Of a DNA stretch of 64,000 nt, positions 9,101 through 18,897 are shown piece after piece. Each line of letters starts with the position of its first letter. Within the stretch, counting starts at the first letter, position 1. Location: the NCBI GenBank assembly GCA_002399445.1, contig DHDR01000027.1, positions 11,632-75,631 on the forward strand. The letters are read 5' to 3'. This DNA is from Ruminococcaceae bacterium UBA4871. Its GTDB lineage: Bacteria; Bacillota; Clostridia; Oscillospirales; Acutalibacteraceae. The notes beneath the pieces are model-generated. The model was given only the letters and a program-made list of their open reading frames with translations, had not been told where the DNA came from and searched no databases. The translations under genes were made by a program, and so were the position numbers.

Positions 9101-11005
9101 ATGGCATTACTTGGCACCAGCAATCTTGAAAAAAGTTTTGGTACAAATGTGATTTTTCAGGGAGTTTCTTTTGAAATTCAGCAAAATGACCGGATTGGTC
9201 TGGTCGGTGTGAATGGTTCCGGCAAAACAACACTCCTTAAAACATTGACGGGAGAATATACGCCGGATGCCGGAAATATCTATCAGGCCAGCAGCACGGT
9301 ACTCGGTTACATGGAACAGCATGTCTGCCGTGACTTGGACCGTACCGCCTATGCGGAAGTTTTGACTGTCTTTTCCAGTCTCATCAACATGGAAACAGAA
9401 CTCAGTGAACTGAATGACGAGATTTCTGTCCATCCGGAAGATATCCTGATTGAGCGTCAGGCTCAACTGAATGATCAGTTTGTTCAAAACGGCGGCTTAA
9501 CTTTCCGTTCCCGCGCACGAAGCGCTTTGCTGGGTTTGGGATTTACGGACGAGCAGATGGGGCAAGTGGTCGGCGTCCTCAGCGGCGGTCAGCGGGCAAA
9601 GTTACAGCTCGCAAAAATGCTCCTTTCCGGTGCGAACCTGTTACTGCTGGATGAACCAACAAACCATCTGGATATCCAAAGTGTTGAATGGCTGGAGGAA
9701 TTTCTGCGCAGTTGGAACGGCGCTTTTCTGGTCATCTCCCATGACCGTTATTTTCTGGACCGGCTCTGCGGACACATCTTTGAAATGGAAAATGGACATC
9801 TCACTTCTTATAAAGGAAATTATACCGCTTATCAGGAACAGAAGGAATGGAAAGAGCGAACGGTCCAGCGGCAGTATGAAAACTCACAAAAAGAAATTCA
9901 TCGGTTGGAAGATGTTGTTACCCAGCTCAAAAAATGGAATCGGGAAAAGAGCATAAAAACAGCAGAAAGCAAAGAAAAAGTAATTGCCCGCCTAAAAGAG
10001 GCACAAACGGTGCCGGAAGCAAAACAGGAGCATCTGCACTTTCACTTTCCTGTGGTGCAGCGCAGCGGAAATGATGTGCTGAAAGCAGAAAACCTTTCTC
10101 TTGCCTTCAAAGGACAAACGCTTTTTGAGCACGTTGATTTGGAACTGCACCGCTGTGAGCGTGTCTTTCTGCTCGGCCCGAATGGCTGTGGAAAGACCTC
10201 CTTATTGAAAGTATTGCTCCATCAATATCAGCCAATTTCAGGAAAAGTAAAATTTGGAGCAAATGTTCAGGTCGGATATTACGACCAGCTGCAGACCGGC
10301 CTTCACATGGAAAAACGGGTGATCGACGAAATCTGGGATTCCTACCCGAAAATGACAGAAACGGAAGTCCGCAGTGCACTTGCCGTTTTTCTCTTTCACG
10401 GTGATGATGTCTTTAAGCCAATTTCTGCGCTTTCCGGCGGAGAGCGTGCACGCGTTTTGCTGCTGCGCCTGATGCTGAGCAAGGCCAATTTCCTGTTGCT
10501 GGATGAACCGACAAACCATTTGGATATTTCCTCCAGTGAAGCGTTGGAGACCGCGCTGCAGGAATATGAAGGGACCCTTTTTATCGTTTCCCATGACCGC
10601 TACCTAATCAATAAGCTTGCCGACCGGATTTACTGGCTCACCCCAGAAGGTGCCGTTTCTTATAAAGGAAGCTATGACAGTTTTCTGGAACAGCGGAAAA
10701 TTCAGCAGGAACGCGAGCCCTCTAAAAAAGCTCAGTCCTCCAAAGGCGCAGTTGCGTATCAGCAGCGAAAAGTTCAGCAGGCGTCAGTCCGCAAACAAAA
10801 AGCGCAAATCCGCAAGATCGAAAACCGCATTGAAGAACTGGATAATCTGACAAATTTGTTAAATGCACAGCTCTCCAGTCCTGAAATTGCCAGCGATTAT
10901 GAAAAAGCAATGGACCTGACACATCAGCTTGAAACAGCCAAAAATGAAAATGACCGCCTGATGGAAGAATGGGAAACTCTTTCCCAAGCTGTTGAGGGGA
11001 CATAA
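9101..11005 (+). CDS. ABC-F family ATPase (translation-associated, no membrane domain)
   Basis: Two ABC cassettes with Walker A GVNGSGKTT and GPNGCGKTS and signatures LSGGQRAK and LSGGERAR, an inter-domain linker and a C-terminal coiled coil. Start taken at ATG 9101; the track uses TTG 9086. Confidence 0.9.
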   Translation: MALLGTSNLEKSFGTNVIFQGVSFEIQQNDRIGLVGVNGSGKTTLLKTLTGEYTPDAGNIYQASSTVLGYMEQHVCRDLDRTAYAEVLTVFSSLINMETELSELNDEISVHPEDILIERQAQLNDQFVQNGGLTFRSRARSALLGLGFTDEQMGQVVGVLSGGQRAKLQLAKMLLSGANLLLLDEPTNHLDIQSVEWLEEFLRSWNGAFLVISHDRYFLDRLCGHIFEMENGHLTSYKGNYTAYQEQKEWKERTVQRQYENSQKEIHRLEDVVTQLKKWNREKSIKTAESKEKVIARLKEAQTVPEAKQEHLHFHFPVVQRSGNDVLKAENLSLAFKGQTLFEHVDLELHRCERVFLLGPNGCGKTSLLKVLLHQYQPISGKVKFGANVQVGYYDQLQTGLHMEKRVIDEIWDSYPKMTETEVRSALAVFLFHGDDVFKPISALSGGERARVLLLRLMLSKANFLLLDEPTNHLDISSSEALETALQEYEGTLFIVSHDRYLINKLADRIYWLTPEGAVSYKGSYDSFLEQRKIQQEREPSKKAQSSKGAVAYQQRKVQQASVRKQKAQIRKIENRIEELDNLTNLLNAQLSSPEIASDYEKAMDLTHQLETAKNENDRLMEEWETLSQAVEGT

Positions 11006-11006
11006 A

Positions 11007-11028
11007 AAAAGAGCCTTTCGGCTCTTTT
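11007..11028. terminator. bidirectional hairpin between convergent genes
   Basis: AAAAGAGCC-TTTC-GGCTCTTTT. Confidence 0.6.
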
Positions 11029-11042
11029 CCTTGTCCGGCCCG

Positions 11043-11288
11043 TTATTTGTTTTCTTCTGAAGCCGGCTGGAAAGCTTTGAGCTTTTCCATAAAAGTATCT
11101 GCATGGTCCGCATCAATTTCCACGGTGACGGGCTTGCTGAGATCCAAGCTAAAAACTCCCATAATAGACTTTGCATCAATTTTGTATTTTTCATTCGTCA
11201 GGTTGATGTCATAGTCACACTGATTTGCAAAATTCACAAAATTGCGCACATCATCAATACTAGACAGCATAATTTTCGTAGTGTACAT
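11043..11288 (-). CDS. HPr-fold protein lacking the catalytic His15
   Basis: 81-aa product MYTTKIMLSSIDDVRNFVNFANQCDYDINLTNEKYKIDAKSIMGVFSL..., with GGAGGG 7 nt upstream of ATG 11288. The KIDAKSIMGV block matches the HPr Ser46 region. The rest of the 312-aa track ORF (up to 11981) is antisense to mtaB and is discarded. Confidence 0.7.
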   Translation of the reverse strand: MYTTKIMLSSIDDVRNFVNFANQCDYDINLTNEKYKIDAKSIMGVFSLDLSKPVTVEIDADHADTFMEKLKAFQPASEENK

Positions 11289-11450
11289 CACAGTTCCCTC
11301 CAAAAATACATTATTTTCTTTATCCCGCATATTCGCCACTTTTCTCATTCGGTGAATGGAACTATGATACAGCAATTCAACAAAATTTTCAAGTCCTGTT
11401 AATACACACAAACAGATGCAGTTCCTCTGCATCCGGAAAGAAGAATCAAA

Positions 11451-12746
11451 ATGAAGGTTTCCGCTATCACACTCGGCTGCAAAGTGAATCAATATGAAAC
11501 GCAGGCAATGCTGGGGCAGCTGCAGCAGGCTGGTTTTACAATCTGCGACGGCTCTGCCGATATCATTCTGATTAATTCCTGTACTGTTACCGCTCAGAGT
11601 GACCATAAAGTTCGCCAAACGCTCCACCATGCCCGCCGGGAAAACCCTTCGGCGATACTGGTCCTGACCGGGTGCATGCCGCAGGCGTTTCCGGATAAAG
11701 CTGCAGCCCTTTCGGAGGCGGACATTGTGCTTGGCAACTCCAACCGTGCTTCCCTTGTAAACAACATCCTGCATTATCTTTCCACACATCAGCGGATTGT
11801 TGATATTGAACCGCACGCAAAAACATTTGAGCCAATGAAAGTTACCAATTTTTATGAGCGCACACGTGCATTCGTGAAAATTGAAGACGGCTGCAACCGC
11901 TTCTGTTCCTATTGCATTATCCCCTATGCCCGCGGCCGTGTACGCTCCAAGCCGCTCTCTGATCTGCGCCCAGAGCTGCAATCAATTGGCGCTCATGGAT
12001 ACAAAGAGGTCGTACTGACCGGAATCAACCTTCCTGCTTACGGACAGGATTTGGGACTCACACTGTGCGATGCAGTGGAAACAGCCTGCGCAGTGCCTGA
12101 AATCCAGCGTGTCCGGCTGGGTTCACTGGAACCGGAACAACTGACACCAAGCGTAATCGATCGTCTGGCAAAGCAGCAAAAGCTCTGTCCGCAGTTTCAT
12201 CTTTCCCTGCAAAGCGGCTGTGACCGAACTTTAAAACGGATGAATCGGCACTACACCGCGGATGAATACCGCACAATTGTCCGCAATTTACGGCATGTGT
12301 TTCCCAATGCAGCGATTACCACAGACATAATGGTGGGATTTGCGGGGGAAACCAAAGAAGAGTTTCAGGAAAGTCTTGCTTTTGCAAAAGAGATGGCTTT
12401 TGCAAAAGTGCATGTGTTTGCCTATTCCCGCCGTCCGGGCACCCGCGCCGCTGATTTTCCCGGGCAAATTACCCGGGCAGAAAAAGAACGCCGCAGCCAC
12501 CGGATGGCAGCGACGGCGCAGAAAACAAGAACGGCCTTTTTGCAGGAACAGGTCGGTCGAACAGAACCGGTCCTGTTTGAGCGGCAAAAGGAAACCGGCG
12601 TATATGAAGGCTATACACCAAACTATACACCGGTTATGGTTGCCAGTGGAAATATTCTCAGTGGAAAGATTCTGCCGGTAAAAATCAATGATGCACTGAG
12701 CGACTGCTGCAGCGGAACCCTTGACAAAACTGATTCAATGGAATAA
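11451..12746 (+). CDS. mtaB: tRNA methylthiotransferase (MiaB-like, MtaB type)
   Basis: 431 aa. N-terminal MTTase domain (TLGCKVNQYE), radical-SAM CNRFCSYCIIP and a C-terminal TRAM-like domain. Confidence 0.85.
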   Translation: MKVSAITLGCKVNQYETQAMLGQLQQAGFTICDGSADIILINSCTVTAQSDHKVRQTLHHARRENPSAILVLTGCMPQAFPDKAAALSEADIVLGNSNRASLVNNILHYLSTHQRIVDIEPHAKTFEPMKVTNFYERTRAFVKIEDGCNRFCSYCIIPYARGRVRSKPLSDLRPELQSIGAHGYKEVVLTGINLPAYGQDLGLTLCDAVETACAVPEIQRVRLGSLEPEQLTPSVIDRLAKQQKLCPQFHLSLQSGCDRTLKRMNRHYTADEYRTIVRNLRHVFPNAAITTDIMVGFAGETKEEFQESLAFAKEMAFAKVHVFAYSRRPGTRAADFPGQITRAEKERRSHRMAATAQKTRTAFLQEQVGRTEPVLFERQKETGVYEGYTPNYTPVMVASGNILSGKILPVKINDALSDCCSGTLDKTDSME

Positions 12747-14045
12747 TTTTGCTACATTCTGCACCTCCTGCTGCCGATTGGGTGCGAGCAGGTCTTCGTA
12801 AGAAAACAGCATAAAGCCATCACATTTCTGGGCACGCCCAGTTTGCACCTGCCTTGCTATAATATCCACGCTGTTTTGCCAGGACCCGCTGTCCACATCC
12901 GTATCCGTTTTATAAAGGCCAAGCCCAAAATACAATTTTATATTTTTTTCTGTTACGAGTTTTTTCCATGTCTGCACGGCCTTTTCAAACGGCAGAACCG
13001 GATTATCATAATTATAGTAGAGCTGCGGACAAATATAGTCCACATAACCCTGTGCCTGACACCACGCAGATACATCTGCGCCAAGTTTTCGGTCGTTGCT
13101 CAGATTTCCCTGAGGTGCCACCCCAAAAACAGCAGCCGGCCGGTTTTCTTTGACGGCCCGGTAAGTGCGGGAAATCAGGTCATTGATATTGGCACAGCGC
13201 CAGTCGGCCAAGGAAAGGGTTTCCCCCTGCTTTTTCCCGGCACAGTATGCCTGATAAGAAGCCTTGTCAAAAGCGTCTCCCTCATCCGGATAAAAATAAT
13301 CATCGAACTGTACCCCATCCACTGGATAATTTTTCACAATCTCTGCGACACTGTCCGCTATGTATTTCCGTACTCCTTCCCATCCGGGGTCTAAATATTT
13401 TCCGTTTTTGTAAGAAACGGCCCATTGTGACCTCGCCGGGTCCCTGTGGAAAACGTTCCATGGATTATTTTGTGCTAAAATCGACGGCGTATTGTTCAAT
13501 TGAATTCTGAGCGGATTCACCCATGCATGAAATTTCAGTCCCGCTTTGTGCGTAATTTCCACCATATCTTTCAAAGGATCATACCCCGGATTGACCCCCT
13601 GCGTATTGCCGGTTAAATGGGACCATGGATAGTATTGCGAGGGATAAAGGGCATCGCCGAAAGCCCGCACTTGAACCACAAGTGTGTTCATCCCCTTCGC
13701 TTTTGCATTTTGGACCACCTCCGTAAACTTGCTGATAAAGACAGGCTCTGTTTTGGCTGTCTGTCCGATTGTTCCTAAAGTAAGATAAGAAACCCACACA
13801 GCCCTCATTTCGTTCTTAGGAGCCGCTGCAGAAGCCGCCGCGGCAGTGTCGGACGTTGCCGCGGCTGGCGCAGAAGAAGCCGTTCCCTTTCGAGATACCG
13901 CCGTGGAGGAAATCCGGCTGGAAGAAGCCGCACCCGACTGCAGCGAATGACTAGAGCGTTTTACCACCATAGTTACCACCACAACCGCAATCAGCAAAAG
14001 CACAGCCATCCCCTGCCGGTGCTTATGATAGAAAGAAATCACCAT
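12735..14045 (-). CDS. membrane-anchored glycoside hydrolase-like family 10 (YngK/DUF187-type) protein
   Basis: 436 aa. N-terminal TM helix, a Ser/Ala-rich linker, then MRAVWVSYL...NTLVVQVR..., typical of GHL10. Its 3' end overlaps the mtaB 3' end by 12 nt (convergent). Confidence 0.7.
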   Translation of the reverse strand: MVISFYHKHRQGMAVLLLIAVVVVTMVVKRSSHSLQSGAASSSRISSTAVSRKGTASSAPAAATSDTAAAASAAAPKNEMRAVWVSYLTLGTIGQTAKTEPVFISKFTEVVQNAKAKGMNTLVVQVRAFGDALYPSQYYPWSHLTGNTQGVNPGYDPLKDMVEITHKAGLKFHAWVNPLRIQLNNTPSILAQNNPWNVFHRDPARSQWAVSYKNGKYLDPGWEGVRKYIADSVAEIVKNYPVDGVQFDDYFYPDEGDAFDKASYQAYCAGKKQGETLSLADWRCANINDLISRTYRAVKENRPAAVFGVAPQGNLSNDRKLGADVSAWCQAQGYVDYICPQLYYNYDNPVLPFEKAVQTWKKLVTEKNIKLYFGLGLYKTDTDVDSGSWQNSVDIIARQVQTGRAQKCDGFMLFSYEDLLAPNRQQEVQNVAKLFH

Positions 14046-14220
14046 ATTTTCTCACATCCCATTCCCGAATAGCCAAATCTTGGTACGGACCTGCTACTAT
14101 TATAAAAAGCGGAGCAGAAAAAAAACGCAGAAAACAGGTGAATCATGAAAATTAAAAAGGCCTCTGTCCAGTGGAGATTCCTTCCACTCGGCAGAAGCCT
14201 TTTCATTTTGCAAATACAGG

Positions 14221-15165
14221 TTATTTCCCAACTACCTGACGGATTGTTTTTGCAATATTGTCTGCACTCAAGCCAAATTCTTTCAGCAAATCAGCACCGG
14301 GACCGGAATGACCGAAACAGTCTCTTACCCCTATGCGGATAACCGGAACCGGACAGGTCTCACATATTGTACTGCATACCGCTTCTCCGAGACCACCGAT
14401 AATACTGTGCTCTTCAACTGTGATGATTTTCCCCGTTTCGCGCGCAGCTTTCACAATCAATTCACGGTCCAGCGGTTTAATCGTATGGATATTAATGACA
14501 CGGACAGAGATGCCCTCTGACTTTAATGCATCGGCAGCCATTAAGGCCTCTCTCACCATCAAACCAGTTGCCACAACGGTAATGTCACTGCCGTCCCGCA
14601 GAGTAATCCCCTTTCCCAGTTCAAATTTGTAGTCATCATTATTGTTAAAACTTTCAACTGCCAGACGGCCAAGGCGGATGTAACACGGTCCAACATATTC
14701 TGTGACCGCTTTGACGGCCGCCGTCATCTCATAATGGTCGGCTGGGTTAAGCACAACCATGCCCGGGATAGTGCGCATCAATGCAATGTCTTCCAAACAC
14801 TGATGCGTTGCACCGTCTTCTCCGACAGAGATGCCGGCATGCGAGCCGACAATTTTTACATTCAAATGCGGATATCCAACAGAGTTGCGGACCTGCTCAA
14901 ACGCACGCCCTGTGCTGAACATCGCAAAACTCGCAGCAAAAGGAATCTTCCCGCAAGTGGCAAGCCCCGCTGCTATCCCAACCATGTTGCATTCCGCAAT
15001 ACCCACATCAATGAAACGCTCCGGAAATTCTTTTTGAAAAATTGCAGTTTTGGTTGCTGCTGCAAGGTCGGCATCCAGCACAACAATATTGGGATTCGTT
15101 TTGGCAGCTTCTGTGACTGCTAAACCGAAAGATTCGCGCGTCGCTTTTTTAACCATTTCTGCCAT
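14221..15165 (-). CDS. tkt: transketolase, C-terminal (pyrimidine-binding) subunit
   Basis: 314 aa with FPERFIDVGIAECNMVGIAAGLA. The start overlaps the stop of the upstream subunit (TAATG). Confidence 0.9.
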   Translation of the reverse strand: MAEMVKKATRESFGLAVTEAAKTNPNIVVLDADLAAATKTAIFQKEFPERFIDVGIAECNMVGIAAGLATCGKIPFAASFAMFSTGRAFEQVRNSVGYPHLNVKIVGSHAGISVGEDGATHQCLEDIALMRTIPGMVVLNPADHYEMTAAVKAVTEYVGPCYIRLGRLAVESFNNNDDYKFELGKGITLRDGSDITVVATGLMVREALMAADALKSEGISVRVINIHTIKPLDRELIVKAARETGKIITVEEHSIIGGLGEAVCSTICETCPVPVIRIGVRDCFGHSGPGADLLKEFGLSADNIAKTIRQVVGK

Positions 15166-16010
15166 TATTCTGCCTCCCGTCTGGCAAGTTCTGCTTTCAG
15201 TTCTGTCATAGCCTGCTGATACTGTTCATCATTTGGCGCTTTACCATGCCAACTGACCGCATTCTCCATATAGGAAACGCCTTTACCCTTAACCGTATGC
15301 AGAATAATGCAGGAAGGCTTCCCTTTAACCGCCCGTGCATGTGCAAAAGCCGTTTCCATTGCCTCAAAATCATGTCCATCAATTGTCTGTACGTCAAAAC
15401 CAAACGCTTCAAATTTTTGATCAATTGGCATCACGCCGCCAATTTCCGAGACAGGTCCGTCAATCTGCAGACCATTACAATCGACCATCACACACAGATT
15501 GTCCAAATTATGGTGCCCCGCAAACATGGAAGCCTCCCAAACCTGTCCTTCTTCTGATTCGCCATCGCCTAAGAGCGTATAAACACGATAGTCCTTTTTA
15601 TCCAGCTTTCCTGCCAGTGCAATGCCGCATGCCGCGGAGATTCCCTGACCAAGAGAGCCTGTACTCATATCAATTCCCGGAGTATGCTTCATATCAGGAT
15701 GTCCCTGCAACATTGCCCCAATATGGCGCAGGGACTTCAGCTCCTCTTTCGGGAAATAGCCGCGCTCCGCCAGTGCGGCATAAAGGCCGGGGCAGGCATG
15801 ACCCTTGCTTAACACAAAACGATCGCGGTCTGGGTCTTTTGGATTCTTCGGATCGACATGCATTTCCTTAAAATAAAGATACGTAAAGACATCTGCGGCA
15901 GAGAGCGAACCACCGGGATGGCCGGATTTTGCACAATACACGCCTGTTACGGCGCCAATGCGGACTTTACAGGCAGTGACCCTCAGTGCCTTTTTCTCAT
16001 TGCTGTTCAT
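15165..16010 (-). CDS. tkt: transketolase, N-terminal (thiamine diphosphate-binding) subunit
   Basis: SGHPGGSLS, SKGHA and GDGESEEG motifs. Start set at ATG 16010, 6 nt after AGGAGGG. Confidence 0.9.
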   Translation of the reverse strand: MNSNEKKALRVTACKVRIGAVTGVYCAKSGHPGGSLSAADVFTYLYFKEMHVDPKNPKDPDRDRFVLSKGHACPGLYAALAERGYFPKEELKSLRHIGAMLQGHPDMKHTPGIDMSTGSLGQGISAACGIALAGKLDKKDYRVYTLLGDGESEEGQVWEASMFAGHHNLDNLCVMVDCNGLQIDGPVSEIGGVMPIDQKFEAFGFDVQTIDGHDFEAMETAFAHARAVKGKPSCIILHTVKGKGVSYMENAVSWHGKAPNDEQYQQAMTELKAELARREAE

Positions 16011-16279
16011 GTTATCCCTCCTGAACATTTTCCGAATACTTGCGCAATTTATTATACACTTTCACCGGAAAGTGTACAAGTCTGAAAAATCCAACGTCCG
16101 TGATAAAGCAGCTTAAAAGCAGCATAAAATAGAATATGCCAATAAAACAAAAATACTAGCCCAAAATCAACAATTCCATTATGAACAATTGTGTTGTTGA
16201 TTTCCGAGTTTTGCCTATCCTTTCTGTTTGAATTTTGAGAATTCCTATCATTTCAAATTTGTATGGAGATGCTGTTATA

Positions 16280-17863
16280 ATGAAGCAATATTGTATTTAC
16301 CTGCGCAAATCCAGAGCAGATGCAGAGGCGGAAGCCCACGGTGAGGGAGAAACTCTTGCACGGCATGAGCATACACTGCTGGAACTCGCCAAACAACGGA
16401 ACCTGAATGTTACGCAAATTTACCGGGAAATTGTATCTGGAGAAACAATTTCAGCGCGTCCGGTGATGCAGCAGCTTCTTCTCGATATTGAAAAAAGAAC
16501 ATGGGCAGGCGTCCTTGTCATGGAAGTAGAGCGTTTAGCCCGCGGAGATACGATTGATCAGGGAATTGTTACGCAGACTTTTAAATATTCCGAAACGGTT
16601 ATCGTTACGCCAGTCAAAACGTATGATCCGAATAATGAATTTGACGAAGAGTATTTTGAATTCGGCTTATTTATGAGCAGACAGGAATACAAAACAATTA
16701 ATCGGCGTTTGCAGCGCGGACGTATCGCTTCCGTACAAGAAGGAAAATTCATCGGCAGCCACCCACCATACGGATATCAGAAGAAAAAGATTGAGCACGA
16801 CAAAGGATTTACTTTGCAGCCGGACACCGAGCAGGCAAAAGTTGTAAAGATGATTTTCGATTGGTATACGATTGGAGAAACAGAAGAAGGCGGTTTTCTG
16901 CGCCGGATTGGTTCCACTCGAATTGCACAAAAGCTGAACAGGATGAACATTAAGTCCCAGCAGGGCAGGGACTGGACAGCAACTTCCATCCGACAGATTT
17001 TGCACAATCCTGTTTATGCCGGAAAAATCCGTTGGCACTGGCGGCCGCAGCAGAAAATAATTTCCGGCAGCCATGTCATCAAAAAGCAAAAGTATCTTCC
17101 CTACAAAGATGCCGAAATCTCCGACGGCCTTCAGGAAGCAATTATCCCACCGGAATTATTTCAAAAAGCACAGGAATACTTGTCACAATATGCACCTGTA
17201 CCCATTGGGCAAAATAAAGTATTGCAAAATCCGCTTGCCGGCATTTTGATTTGCGGTCAATGCGGACATCATCTTATCCGCCACAAAGATCGAAAAAACG
17301 ATATGCTTCTTTGTCCAAAATCAGATTGTCCAAATGTCAGTTCCGTCTTATCCTACGTGGAAGAAAGGCTGCTGGAAGCACTTGAAAAATGGCTGTCCCA
17401 ATACACAATCCATATCAAAAGCGGGCTGCTGGATTCCTCTGCCAATACTTTGCAAGGCAGTAAATCTGCCATTAAAAAAATGGATACAGAATTGGCCGCT
17501 TTGAACAAACAGCTAAACACTGCGTATGATTTACTGGAACAAAAGGTTTATTCAATTGATACCTTTACCAAACGTTCCGGCCTCCTTCACCAAAAAATTG
17601 CGGATATAAAAAATAAAAGGTCTTTATTGCAGCAGGAAGCTGAACTGGAAGCAAAGCACTCAAAGCGGAAATACAATAGTATTCCAAAAGAGGAAACTAT
17701 TATAAACATTTATTACCGTCTAAATTCCATTACAGAAAAAAACGCCATGCTGAAAGAGATTCTGGAAAAAGCCCTCTATAAAAAGGCACATGGCAGCCGA
17801 TGGAGTTCCCGTCCGGATGATTTTGAGCTGATCCTGTTCCCCCGGCTTCCACATGAAAGCTGA
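16280..17863 (+). CDS. large serine recombinase (resolvase catalytic domain + recombinase domain + zinc ribbon + coiled coil), SprA-like
   Basis: Motifs MKQYCIYLRKSRADAEAEAHGEGETL (catalytic Ser region), VTPVKTYDPNNEFDEEYFEFGLFMSRQEY, PPYGYQ, and the Cys4 ribbon CGQCGHH...CPKSDCPN, followed by a long helical tail. Start at ATG 16280. Confidence 0.85.
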   Translation: MKQYCIYLRKSRADAEAEAHGEGETLARHEHTLLELAKQRNLNVTQIYREIVSGETISARPVMQQLLLDIEKRTWAGVLVMEVERLARGDTIDQGIVTQTFKYSETVIVTPVKTYDPNNEFDEEYFEFGLFMSRQEYKTINRRLQRGRIASVQEGKFIGSHPPYGYQKKKIEHDKGFTLQPDTEQAKVVKMIFDWYTIGETEEGGFLRRIGSTRIAQKLNRMNIKSQQGRDWTATSIRQILHNPVYAGKIRWHWRPQQKIISGSHVIKKQKYLPYKDAEISDGLQEAIIPPELFQKAQEYLSQYAPVPIGQNKVLQNPLAGILICGQCGHHLIRHKDRKNDMLLCPKSDCPNVSSVLSYVEERLLEALEKWLSQYTIHIKSGLLDSSANTLQGSKSAIKKMDTELAALNKQLNTAYDLLEQKVYSIDTFTKRSGLLHQKIADIKNKRSLLQQEAELEAKHSKRKYNSIPKEETIINIYYRLNSITEKNAMLKEILEKALYKKAHGSRWSSRPDDFELILFPRLPHES

Positions 17864-17995
17864 AAATACAGTTGGTAATTGGGCTTGTCCCATAAAACTG
17901 CCAAAGGAACTGCCGCAAAGTTTTTCGCTTTGCAGCAGTCCTTTGAAACAGCTGAGCAAGTTACAGCCGCCCTACTGATCGTCTTTCCGGAAAAG

Positions 17996-18529
17996 TCAGG
18001 TCAACGTAATGCTGCCTGCTGCAATTGGCAGATTTGCATAATTTGCATCTGTCATGTTAACTGTTCTCTCAGCAGCAAGCGCATTCGCAATTTGATTTGT
18101 CTGTGATGCTGTAATCATGCTTGTATTGGTAAGAGCAGGGTCAAATTCATGGCTGCCGTCTGATCCAGTCTGTTTGTAATAAATAAGCGGAGCGCCTGTT
18201 GCCGCAAACGGCACATTGCTAAATGTTGCATCACCGCTTGCATCTGTTGTGATGGGAGTGCCATAGGTCGTTCCAGCGGAATCGCAGCGGGCAAATGTTG
18301 CACCCGCAACAGCGGTTCCGTCAGACTGACCATTCTCTGTTACATGCAGCGTCAATGCACCTGTTGCCGCAATCGTGAAAGCATAAGTGTCTGTCCCGGC
18401 CTCAACGGTTACACTCGTTGGCAAAATAGAAGCATTATTAAAGCCTGTTGCAGCAGCAGTAACCGCATAAGCACCGTTGGGGATTCGTTCGGTAGCAGTA
18501 CCATTATTAATATTAATTACACACGACAT
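17996..18529 (-). CDS. hypothetical beta-sandwich protein (Cna-B/prealbumin-like repeat), no signal peptide
   Basis: 177 aa. GATFARCDSAGTTYGTPITTDASGDATFSNVPF...YYKQTGSDGSHEF resembles Cna-B/SpaA-type domains. The start overlaps the upstream stop by 13 nt (ATGTCGTGTGTAA), with AAGGAG upstream. Confidence 0.6.
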   Translation of the reverse strand: MSCVININNGTATERIPNGAYAVTAAATGFNNASILPTSVTVEAGTDTYAFTIAATGALTLHVTENGQSDGTAVAGATFARCDSAGTTYGTPITTDASGDATFSNVPFAATGAPLIYYKQTGSDGSHEFDPALTNTSMITASQTNQIANALAAERTVNMTDANYANLPIAAGSITLT

Positions 18530-18897
18530 AAAGAAATTTCTCCTTTTGTAATTGGTAAATTAGTATAGTTCTGATCTGTTAGATGAATGGTGGATTTGGG
18601 AACAGGAAGTAAAACAATGGGGCTGCGAAAAACAAAATACAACCCGCACGTTTCACCCGGGTTCAGTTTCACCCACCTGCAAGCAACTCTGGGGCTCATG
18701 CATTGCGGAGATACGACTCTGATTTCATATTCATCCTGTGCATCAACCCGAAATTCAGTTACACCTGCATCCGTTGTATATCCTTGGTAAACAATTTGAT
18801 TCCTTGAATTCAATACTGTCACCGCATATTGCAGGCAGTCGCAATCATTTGATATACACCGAATTTTTATTTTCCCATGGCATCTCACGTTTGTCAT
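18517..18897 (-). CDS. hypothetical Cys-rich beta-sandwich protein, no signal peptide
   Basis: The track ORF starts at 18918. I prefer ATG 18897 (MTNVRCHGKIKIRC...) behind GGGGTGA. VTVLNSRNQIVYQGYTTDAGVTEFRV...YEIRV looks like a carboxypeptidase-regulatory-like fold. It contains 9 Cys. Confidence 0.55.
   Translation of the reverse strand: MTNVRCHGKIKIRCISNDCDCLQYAVTVLNSRNQIVYQGYTTDAGVTEFRVDAQDEYEIRVVSPQCMSPRVACRWVKLNPGETCGLYFVFRSPIVLLPVPKSTIHLTDQNYTNLPITKGEISLCRV

Noticed and set aside
11289-11981. Upstream 230 codons of the 312-aa minus-strand track ORF
   Set aside because: This part is antisense to the mtaB 5' region and has no recognisable domain. The HPr-like domain starts at an internal ATG (11288) with its own GGAGGG RBS.
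14145-14342. 65-aa plus-strand ORF with AGGTGA upstream
   Set aside because: It spans the tkt terminator hairpin and runs antisense into the transketolase 3' end, with no recognisable features.
16056-16075. Hairpin ACACTTTC-ACCG-GAAAGTGT near tkt and a similar CTTTCCGGAAAAG palindrome at 17981-17995, considered as paired recombination sites flanking the recombinase gene
   Set aside because: The similarity is limited to about 12 nt of a simple palindrome, the two differ in spacing, and chance occurrence is plausible. I have no supporting direct repeats.
17909-17939. 12-bp stem hairpin (ACTGCCGCAAAG/CTTTGCAGCAGT) between the recombinase and the cassette
   Set aside because: It is most simply a weak bidirectional terminator between convergent genes. 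It has no T-tract and no second copy elsewhere in the window.
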